The notes under the pieces were generated by a model. The model saw only the letters and a list, made by a program, of their open reading frames with translations. It did not search any database and was not told where the DNA came from. 64,000 nucleotides of DNA from Methanotrichaceae archaeon (GTDB lineage Archaea; Halobacteriota; Methanosarcinia; Methanotrichales; Methanotrichaceae), in NCBI GenBank assembly GCA_963748825.1, contig CAVVKN010000003.1, positions 66,552 through 130,551 of the forward strand, written 5' to 3'. Within the stretch, counting starts at the first letter, position 1; the number at the start of each line of letters is the position of its first letter. Position numbers and translations under genes: made by a program. Positions 17,920 through 26,270 of the stretch are shown in pieces.

Positions 17920-18420
17920 TGCCGCTTCACGCCATGATAGGGTGGCGGGCGTGCCGTGGGCTTAACGTATCTGATGATGCTCTGATGACAAGGGTGTTTG
18001 CTCCACCATGGAGCAACATGCCGCTAGCTCCTAAAGGCTGGTTGGTCTTGATCCCTTGGTACAGGAGATGCATGCCGTCGTGGCACTGCATTTGGCTACG
18101 AGCCTGTGAGGCTGATATTTCGGCGGGCTGAAAAAGTTGCGCGCTGTAACAGGCGCAGTAATCTGCCGGATCTCACGCTAATACACGGTCGGGGCATGAA
18201 ACGGCACAAGTAGAAGTCGAAGGCGAGAGGGCGAGCACGAGGCCCCATGAGAACGGGTTCCCATAAAACGGACGCTGTGTGAGATTCCAGCGCTTGTGCC
18301 GCCTTCGAGCCCGGCTTATTAGAGTCGAGCTTCGGGCAGGGTCAGGCCAACACTATGCGGTGATTGGCTCCTCCTAAAAGGGCGCTGTGGATCGGCGCTG
18401 GCCTGCCTGAGACTTGATGT
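17920..18420 (+). ncRNA. Candidate large structured non-coding RNA (unassigned family)
   Basis: More than 12 complementary helices covering nearly the whole span, including two crossing (pseudoknot) pairings; AT-rich promoter-like tract at 17890-17915; no credible ORF. Confidence 0.6.
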
Positions 18421-18937
18421 ATCATTTTCTTGGCTATTTCTTTTGGGGTGGAGATGGTCTTTTCTAACTTGAAGCGAAAGCCTTTTATCTCGGCAATTGA
18501 CGTATGGTATATTGGCGAAAGTCGATGGCAGTTTTTCCCCTCCTACATCCAATTGACTTTCTCCTCCCACCTTCTTATTCATCAAACGCTTTCATAAGGG
18601 CCTAAAGCATCCTGCCTCAGCTTTCTAAAAGAAAGACTTATAGCCTGACTCGTCCTTCATTCCTTCAAGAACGCCAGCCATAAGGAGAAGAGGCAATTAA
18701 GTCGGAGCGATGAGGCTTGAGGACTGGCCAGGCCCGCAGCTCCATTTATCTCATTCAGCATAATCGATTTTATGGGCTCGCTGCAGGTTGTACGCACCGC
18801 CTCATACAACAGCTCGGTATGATGAAAAACGGCTAAAAGAGCTCTTTGAGCTAAGTCGTCATTTCATAGTTTATAGGCATAAAACAAAATCCTCTCTGCT
18901 ATTGATCTAATCAATATGCCCCGACATAAATTTGTAA

Positions 18938-20586
18938 CCTGACCTCCCCAAAGTTTAGGCACACATATGAAGTGCATCCAGGATTTCTCGCTGTTTCTTG
19001 GTAATCTCAGTTGTGATTTTCTCGCCATCCGGCAAGATCATTAGCTTGATCTTTTCTAGTTCAGTGAGCAGTCCTTCCACTGAATATCGTTTATTCAGCT
19101 CGGCATTGACCATGAGCCTGGTCAGCTTCATTCTTAAGATCAGAGCAAGAAAAGCGACGAACAGATAGCCACTCAAACTGTTATTGGTTCTTAGGTTTGT
19201 TGGCATCAGTTCAATGTCGTTCTTCAATACATCGAATCCTTTCTCGACGACATCCTTGCTTCTGTAAAGTGAAAGACAATCATTCCAAGAAAACTCGCCC
19301 CGATACAGCAGAATAAACTTACCCATCTTATTGATGGCCTGAGAGACGGCATTTTTTCTGAGGGAGACCTCAAATTTTCCGTCAATTGCTTTCCATTCGA
19401 TGAACTTGGCATCCTTTTTTGCCGTTTCCCTGAAAACCACACTCGGAATCATCCAGCTCTTTAAGGTCACAGCCTTGAGCCGTTCCATTAAATCGTATAG
19501 CCGCTTATAGAGAGTACTTCGTTCCAACTGCTCTCGCTTCTGATCGTAATATGCGTATCCTTTCAGCTTGTTTTTGCCTACCTCGATGTCCACAGGCATG
19601 ACAAAAAGCGGTTCTTTCTCGTAGAGTTCCAAATTCTCAGGATCATCGATGCTGCTATGGATGGCGGATATCGCCTCTTTGACATTTTTGAGAGTACTTG
19701 TTGGGGGGATGATGAACGACAAATCCGCTGAGACCATCTCATGGATATTGGCAGTCGAGAAGAAACCACGATCCATGATCATAGTATAATTCTGAACACC
19801 CAGGGCCTTTATTTTTTTGACTGTATTCGTGAGGGTAGTTACATCCGAGATGCTTCCTGGATATAGATCATACATTACCGGTATGCCTAGATCCTTGTCC
19901 ACAATCAGAGACAGGTTGATCTGAGGCAGATCGAGACCATCTCGATTATAACCGTATTCCAGTAGGCCTATGTTTTGAGAGTAAGAGGACAAAGAAGTGA
20001 TATCATAAACCAGAGTGCTGCATGTTGAGATTCTTTGGATTAGTCGATGAGCGAATTCCAGATTCGCGGTGCTCTCACCGATACGGCTTAGCATTCGAGA
20101 AAGGCTCTGAGAGGATAGGGGAAGATCAGGATGGTCTTCCGATAGAATTGTGCCTTCATACCAGCTTTGGATATGGGTTAATGCTCGGGGACGCAAAGCA
20201 AAATTCATAGCCAGAGTTAAAACAGGCCAGACTTCTTTGCTGGGCAAGACTCCAGAGAGAATTTCGTCTAGTTTAAGGTCTTCTGTTATCTTTTTCAGTG
20301 GAACGAATTCGCCATGTGATAGAACTTTCTTTGGTATTTTTCCCTGAGATCGGACCTTGACAGGAACTCCATTAACATTCTTGCCGAGGTACTTGCTCTT
20401 CTGGCGAATTTTCTTCTTTTCTTTGTCGTAGTAAGGAGTGATTTTGTATATGTATTCAATTCCACTTATATTTTTTATTCGATTAAACGATTTCATGTGC
20501 ATATTTAGGCACATAATATTATTTATAGATTTCGGCTATAGATAACGAAAATTGTTTAAATATGCCTAAATCATGGGGAGGTCAGG
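18938..20586 (-). mobile_element. IS1634-family insertion sequence, complete
   Basis: TIRs CCTGACCTCCCCAaagTTTAGGCA / CCTGACCTCCCCAtgaTTTAGGCA; 6-bp target duplication TTGTAA at 18932-18937 and 20587-20592. Confidence 0.92.
18955..20514 (-). CDS. IS1634-family DDE transposase
   Basis: YDITSLSSY, GYNRDG, IMDRGF and YRSKDVVEKGFDVLK motifs; intact 519-aa ORF. Confidence 0.92.
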   Translation of the reverse strand: MCLNMHMKSFNRIKNISGIEYIYKITPYYDKEKKKIRQKSKYLGKNVNGVPVKVRSQGKIPKKVLSHGEFVPLKKITEDLKLDEILSGVLPSKEVWPVLTLAMNFALRPRALTHIQSWYEGTILSEDHPDLPLSSQSLSRMLSRIGESTANLEFAHRLIQRISTCSTLVYDITSLSSYSQNIGLLEYGYNRDGLDLPQINLSLIVDKDLGIPVMYDLYPGSISDVTTLTNTVKKIKALGVQNYTMIMDRGFFSTANIHEMVSADLSFIIPPTSTLKNVKEAISAIHSSIDDPENLELYEKEPLFVMPVDIEVGKNKLKGYAYYDQKREQLERSTLYKRLYDLMERLKAVTLKSWMIPSVVFRETAKKDAKFIEWKAIDGKFEVSLRKNAVSQAINKMGKFILLYRGEFSWNDCLSLYRSKDVVEKGFDVLKNDIELMPTNLRTNNSLSGYLFVAFLALILRMKLTRLMVNAELNKRYSVEGLLTELEKIKLMILPDGEKITTEITKKQREILDALHMCA

Positions 20587-20802
20587 TTGTAAGCCTATTT
20601 TCCATAGCGCACTATCAGGGAGTTTGAGCCGGGAAGTATCCTTATAATAATATCTCGTGGTTTAATGGATATCGAAAAAAAAGAAAGATGGATTACAGGT
20701 TGCACATACTACGAAGAACTGGAATCTGTTCGTATATCCCAGTTCCTCAGCCTTGGCAAAGGCCTGCATCGCTTCTAAGATTGCTCATAAATGGTACTAT
20801 CT

Positions 20803-21525
20803 CTATGCCCAGCCCTGCTCCTTTAGCACATTTGATGCAGCATCTCGGATGTAGCTATCCTTGTCCTCCTTGGAAGCCTGGATCAATGGATCAGCTGCTC
20901 GAGCATCATTGATTTTTCCAAGAGCCCCAGCAGCCCAATATCTAACGCTTTTATAATCATCCTTCAGCGCCTGTATGAGCGGATCTACAGCACGGCTATC
21001 TTTGATATTTCCCAGAGCTTCCGCAGACTGATATCTTACGCGGGGGTCTTCGTCCTTCAAAGCCTGAATCAATGGCTCGACTGCTTTTTCACTCCCGATC
21101 TTTCCAAGAGCCCCAGCAGCTCTAGCTCGGACAGAACTATTAGCATCATTCAGAGATTGTATCAGCGGATCCACAGCTCCAGAATCATTCAGCTCCCCAA
21201 GAGCCAACGCCGCAGAACCTCGAACTTCCCAATTTGGATCATTCAAGGCTTGAATCAATGGATCAACAGCACGGTCATCTTTGATCCATCCCAGAGCTTT
21301 CGCAGACTCCGATCGAACAGAGCTATTGTCATCCTTAAGGGCCTGGATTAAAGGCTCAACAGCACTGACATCATTTAGCTCGCCGAGAGTCATTGCCGCA
21401 TCTACTCGGGTAATGCTATTTTCGTTTTTGAGGGCCTGAATACTCTGATCAACGTTTTCAGCTAAAACTGGCGTTGCGAACACCATTAGGATAAACGCAA
21501 ATACAATGGTCAATTCACATCTCAC
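20803..21525 (-). CDS. Secreted HEAT / PBS-lyase repeat protein
   Basis: Signal peptide followed by about seven 31-aa repeats (VR..AA.ALG.I.D..AVDPLIQALKD). Confidence 0.9.
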   Translation of the reverse strand: MRCELTIVFAFILMVFATPVLAENVDQSIQALKNENSITRVDAAMTLGELNDVSAVEPLIQALKDDNSSVRSESAKALGWIKDDRAVDPLIQALNDPNWEVRGSAALALGELNDSGAVDPLIQSLNDANSSVRARAAGALGKIGSEKAVEPLIQALKDEDPRVRYQSAEALGNIKDSRAVDPLIQALKDDYKSVRYWAAGALGKINDARAADPLIQASKEDKDSYIRDAASNVLKEQGWA

Positions 21526-21592
21526 GTTTTTATCTCCTTTTTAATTCGTTTTATACTAGATTTCTGCTTAGGGACAACTCAATTGCGAAAGA

Positions 21593-21618
21593 GATATGGG
21601 GATCCGGATCCCCATATC
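21593..21618. terminator. Perfect 26-bp palindrome (terminator or operator)
   Basis: GATATGGGGATCCGGATCCCCATATC, downstream of the minus-strand gene ending at 21664. Confidence 0.55.
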
Positions 21619-21663
21619 GCTCGGCTTGGTCCTTGATGAAGGAATGGCGCATTTTGCGGTATT

Positions 21664-22836
21664 CTAGCGTGGGATTAGCTTAAACGTCTCCCAGGGACCT
21701 ATAGCATTTCGGTTAGCTACGACTGCTCCGCCACCGCCGTTTTCGGCACAGACGTATTGGCCATTGGCGGCCTGCAGAGCATAATATCCATTTTCCCTAT
21801 CTATGAGTTTGAAGGTCTCCCAGGAACCTATAGCATTTCGGTTAGCTACGACTGCTCCGCCACCGCTGCCTTCGGCACTGACGTATTGGCCATTGGCGGC
21901 CTGCAGAGCATAATATCCATTTTCCCTATCTATGAGTTTGAAGGTCTCCCTGGCACCTATAGCATTTCGGTTAGCTACGACTGCACCGCCACCGCTGCCT
22001 TCGGCACTGACGTATTGGCCATTGGCGGCCTGCAGAGCATAATATCCATGGAATAAACCAAAGGTTCCTAATGGGAAGGAGTTGAAATCCGGATAGTAGT
22101 AGGGATAGTAAGTAGATAAATAATTGGTCCGGTAATAGGTCTGATCCGGAGACTGAGTCTGAGTAGGTAGATAAGTGAGAACTGGTTGTTGGTATGATGG
22201 TGGGGTGTAGCTCGTAACATCGATAACTATTGAATTACTTATCTGACCGTCAATAGCGATAAGCAGTATGTGCTGTCCCATCGAATCTGCATAGAAGTCT
22301 ATTTGATTATATCCTGGGTAGAAATAGAAGGTATTCTTATACAACATTCCGTCAGGATGTATCTCGTAGAGTTTACCATTTCCACCAGTTGATGATGTCG
22401 CCATTAACGACAGACTTGATCCTTGCGGAACTTTGGCGTACTGAGTCCAGCTTGAAGAGCCTTGTATCCACAGTGAATTACCACCTGTGTATGTGGCATA
22501 AGTCTGGTATTGAGTATATGGCATTGCCTGCATTTGATAGCTGAAGTAAACTGTAGTTGGTGTCTTGTCTTTTATCTCACCCTTCTTCGGAGCTTCAATA
22601 TGCTTCTTAGGGGAAGATCCTGTGGGGATCGAGTAGTATTGAGAATATATATCAGATGCACCATAAGAAGGTGGGTTGCCACCTACCCAGGGCTGACCGA
22701 AACCATAATTGAACAGCTTTTCTGCCGTAGCTTCACCAGGACGCGTTTTTACGTCGCTTCCATCTAATGCTGAGACACACCCCATCAAAGAAATGATGAG
22801 GACAATCGATATCAGAATCTTATTCATATTCCTCAC
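21664..22836 (-). CDS. Secreted Tyr/Pro-rich protein with C-terminal fascin-like beta-trefoil
   Basis: Signal peptide, NSLWIQGSSSWTQY domain, three 43-aa repeats ALQAANGQYVSAEG..GGAVVANRNAIG.WETF. Confidence 0.8.
   Translation of the reverse strand: MRNMNKILISIVLIISLMGCVSALDGSDVKTRPGEATAEKLFNYGFGQPWVGGNPPSYGASDIYSQYYSIPTGSSPKKHIEAPKKGEIKDKTPTTVYFSYQMQAMPYTQYQTYATYTGGNSLWIQGSSSWTQYAKVPQGSSLSLMATSSTGGNGKLYEIHPDGMLYKNTFYFYPGYNQIDFYADSMGQHILLIAIDGQISNSIVIDVTSYTPPSYQQPVLTYLPTQTQSPDQTYYRTNYLSTYYPYYYPDFNSFPLGTFGLFHGYYALQAANGQYVSAEGSGGGAVVANRNAIGARETFKLIDRENGYYALQAANGQYVSAEGSGGGAVVANRNAIGSWETFKLIDRENGYYALQAANGQYVCAENGGGGAVVANRNAIGPWETFKLIPR
21670..22047 (-). repeat. Three near-identical 129-bp tandem repeats (fascin-like blades)
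   Basis: ataatatccattttcc recurs at 21781 and 21910. Confidence 0.9.
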
Positions 22837-23230
22837 ACGTTATGCATCCTTTAGAATTCCAGTTCGATCTCCATTGCATAGGTTCTGCTTTTCCCTTTTG
22901 CATCGGAGATTAGTAATTCTAGATACTCCCAGTTATGCATGCAATAGAGCTATTACAACAACATATACCATAAGATATGTCCGTCATCGAACGATCTCTA
23001 ACGTATCCGCTTTGGCCCATGTTGGGGCTAATCCAATCTCCGCTAGATCCCATTACGCTGCCACTACCACTGGAATTTTAACGTTTCCGCCTTCTAGATA
23101 GTCTTGTCCAGTTTCTCCGAAGACTATTATGCTATATTTGCATTTAAAGCTATTTACAATTTACAATTAAAAATTAAAAACTAGAAAGCACTAAAATTTA
23201 CTATCCTGACTACCTGCGTTAGGACTTCCC

Positions 23231-24295
23231 TTGGAGCGCATTATCTGTAACCAAGATGACGTTTTGGGAGCAACATCTTTCCGGCTCGGTGCGCCCATTG
23301 CCGAAGAGTATCAACGTGCGGTCAAGGGCAGCCGCTTCACCCTCCTGATCCTCAGCCCCGCCTATTTGGCCGACCAATGGGGAGTATTTGGCAAAAACCT
23401 CGTATTTTATCTCAATGTGGCCGAGCAGCGTTACCGTTTGATACCGATGGCGCGGGAGCAGTGCGAGCTCCCTCTGAATATTGAGTTTCTCGTACAATTG
23501 GACTGCACCGCCCAAGACCGGTGGGAGGCCAAAGCCAAAAAACTGCGGGAGCTGCTCAAGCAACCGGAGCCGGAACTCGAGCATATTAAATGCCCCTACC
23601 CTGGCATGGGAGCCTTCTCGGACGAGAGGGCCCTGGTGGCTAACGGCGGTTTTCTTGGGGCCGGGACCATGAGTGCCCGCCTTCGCTCTGAATCCAAAGG
23701 AACTGCCAGCGCAGTGGCTTGTGTTTCTGTGGACGGGAAGCAGTGGCTGGAAGATGAGGATCTTAATAACGTCAACCGCGACCGTGATGGCATGGTAATG
23801 TCCCTGGAAGGCCTTCGTGCAGATCAGACGGGAAATCTGGGCACCTTGTGCATGCGGGCTGCGGACATGAAACGAGCCGATTATGAGGCGGAATTTGGGC
23901 TAAACCGGCAGGCATCCAATGCCGGATCAGCCTCAACGGATGCATTCTTACAGGACGGGGCCATCACATCCACGATTTTGTACCTGAACAATCCCAGCGC
24001 CTACCTGCTGAAGGGATGGAAATGGACTGCGACGGACCCTCAGATCAACTTGATCCTGAAGAACGACGCGGTCCTCGCAAGCGAAGGTCTTGGTACAAAT
24101 GCCCAGGCAACAATCGCCGCTGCCGCCAATATCTGGGATAATGCCGTGGCTAAGAACCTCTTTGCAGATGGCAATGCTCTCGTGACATTGGATCCTGGTG
24201 CAAATGTCGATACCCGGGATAATAGAAATGTGCACGCTTGGGCGCCCATAATACTCCTCGCGAAGCAGGATCGCCTCCTTGAGTATTTTCATTAG
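23231..24295 (+). pseudogene. Chimeric ORF: TIR-domain fragment fused to a truncated metzincin-precursor paralog
   Basis: AVKGSRFTLLILSPAYLADQW...RLIP is TIR-like, followed by CPYPGM. From AFSD onward it aligns with ORFs 24566 and 26271 but ends before HExxH. Confidence 0.7.
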
Positions 24296-24565
24296 CAGGC
24301 GGCATGCTCAATTATTGCGGGTGAAGAGATAATACGGTAATATCACAATGGCTAACTATACCACCATTATAAATTTTTTAAAAGACGTAGCGTAAGAATT
24401 ATTAGACCTTATCATTCATTCTTATCTTTTCATTTTGAGGATAGTTCTATAAGGTAATCGTAATCTATTGTGAGTTTAAGCAATACGATTTCGCACCCAT
24501 ATGGCCCAAAAACTTAAATACAGACTTTTAAAATAATTCTAATACTGAATATTGAGGTTGTATGT

Positions 24566-26077
24566 ATGGTGGGCAGACTTCTTGGCTTGACTTTGACATG
24601 GCTCATGACTGTATTTACTATTGTTGCGCCTGTGTCAGGCATCCAGGTAAGCTGCAGCACTGGAGATGTCTCATCCACAGAGAGCTTCGATTTGGACGAC
24701 TCCACATCTCTGCATGAGCAGCTCGACCTTAACAGGGGCAGCATCTACCAGGACCGTCAGGCGAGCGGCGCCGGCAAAAACAGCCTGACGCATTCTATCT
24801 CGGGAAATGGTTACTCTCTGCAAAATGACATCGCCAACGAGGGAGCGTTTGGCGTCTCTACATCCTCAGCCGCAACAGCAGAGGCGGCCAGCCTCAGCCA
24901 GGACGTGAGCGGCGCGGGCAGCCTGAATCTTGCCCTGAGCGGCACGCAGGGGTCCAGGGAGGCGGGCCAGGATGCTGGCATTGAATTTGGTGCATTGTCC
25001 AGCGCGCAATCTCTCTATGTCGGCCAGGATGCGGCGATCGCCAGACAGAGCAGCGCCATGGCTGGCCAGGAGGGCTACTTGGGCACGGGAGCCTTTTCCG
25101 AGAGCAACGCCATGCTGGCGGCAGGCAGCTTCCAGGGAGCAGGAATCCTACAGGCACAGCTTAGCTCGACAGCAACAGAGCGGGCTGCGGCTGGTGGAGA
25201 GGCCTCACTGGATGGAGTAACCTGGCTGAATGATGACACTTTCCAGGCGGTGTCCTTGGAGAGCATAGGAATGGGCATGGCTGGGCAAAGAGTGGTGGGG
25301 GATGGCGTAGGCACCTTTGAAATGAGCGTTCTTAACCTGGGGCAGGGAGAGCCGGCAGCGAAGGAGAGCGGTCAAGCCTATCAGACGGCCGCTCAGACGG
25401 CGGGAGGCTCCTCTTCATCTTATCTATTGACTGGATACCGGTTGAACAGCGCGACTCCGGTGCAGCTCTACCTGAATCCGGCAAATGCACCATCCGGCAT
25501 GACGGATGCCTCCTCCAGGGATGCCATAGCCGCGGGGGCCAATACCTGGGATGACAACGTTGCTTCGAACATCTATGCGGACGGGAGTGCAGTGATTGTG
25601 GACTCTTCCAAGGTGGTGGACAATCCACTCTCCAGCACGCCGAAGAGAGACGGCTACAATGTGAATGCCTGGTGGGGTCTGGGGAGCAACTATCTGGGAT
25701 TATGTCGCTGGTGGACCAATGGGGTGGCGGCGGATGGTTATTATTCAATTATCGAAGCAGATGTCTGGTACTCTCGCGACAAAAGCTGGACTACAGACTG
25801 GAATACGGCAGTTAGTACAGGCAAGATCGACCTGCAGAGCGTTGCCGTACACGAGCTGGGTCACGGCATAGGCATGGGGGATATTTACTCTTCGACTTAT
25901 GGCGGAACGCTGGATCCCAGCGACCCGCGAACCAAGGACTTCGACCAGGTGATGAATCTCTACAACGGGCCGCAGAGGCTCCTCGGAAACGGGGATTTGA
26001 CAGGGGTGCAAAAGCTGTATGGGCAGACGGGCGCGGGCCCGTTGTACTGCATGTCGGCACCGTTTACGACACTTTAG
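24566..26077 (+). CDS. Secreted matrixin-like (metzincin) metalloprotease
   Basis: Signal peptide, Ser/Gly/Ala-rich N-domain, DLQSVAVHELGHGIGMGD, QVM Met-turn. Confidence 0.85.
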   Translation: MVGRLLGLTLTWLMTVFTIVAPVSGIQVSCSTGDVSSTESFDLDDSTSLHEQLDLNRGSIYQDRQASGAGKNSLTHSISGNGYSLQNDIANEGAFGVSTSSAATAEAASLSQDVSGAGSLNLALSGTQGSREAGQDAGIEFGALSSAQSLYVGQDAAIARQSSAMAGQEGYLGTGAFSESNAMLAAGSFQGAGILQAQLSSTATERAAAGGEASLDGVTWLNDDTFQAVSLESIGMGMAGQRVVGDGVGTFEMSVLNLGQGEPAAKESGQAYQTAAQTAGGSSSSYLLTGYRLNSATPVQLYLNPANAPSGMTDASSRDAIAAGANTWDDNVASNIYADGSAVIVDSSKVVDNPLSSTPKRDGYNVNAWWGLGSNYLGLCRWWTNGVAADGYYSIIEADVWYSRDKSWTTDWNTAVSTGKIDLQSVAVHELGHGIGMGDIYSSTYGGTLDPSDPRTKDFDQVMNLYNGPQRLLGNGDLTGVQKLYGQTGAGPLYCMSAPFTTL

Positions 26078-26270
26078 GGACGTTAGAGACCATGACCCCG
26101 ATCCGAGCAATATCTCGGGACGCTATCAAGTCTCCAAAGCGAGTTTCAATGCTGATGCAGAGGTTCGGCACGACAGCCGCAAGGTATATATTCGGCGCGT
26201 GTCGTACTACGTCGCGTGTCGTAGTACTATGTGATAAGTACTTAACTCAAATAAGGAGGAGTGTTTCTTT

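Noticed and set aside
17971-17988. Hammerhead ribozyme core or canonical C/D guide (CTGATGA twice)
   Set aside because: No GAAA after a stem II, and box spacing does not fit a standard ~55-nt guide RNA. Kept only as a motif within the larger RNA candidate.
18196-18320. RNase P RNA-like words (TGAAACGGC, CCCGGCTTAT)
   Set aside because: The universal P4 strands (GAGGAAAGUCC and ACAGAA before GGCUUA) are absent, so this is not called RNase P.
18780-18816. Hairpin resembling group II intron domain V on the minus strand
   Set aside because: Lacks the GNRA loop and AC bulge geometry; no domain VI or reverse transcriptase nearby.
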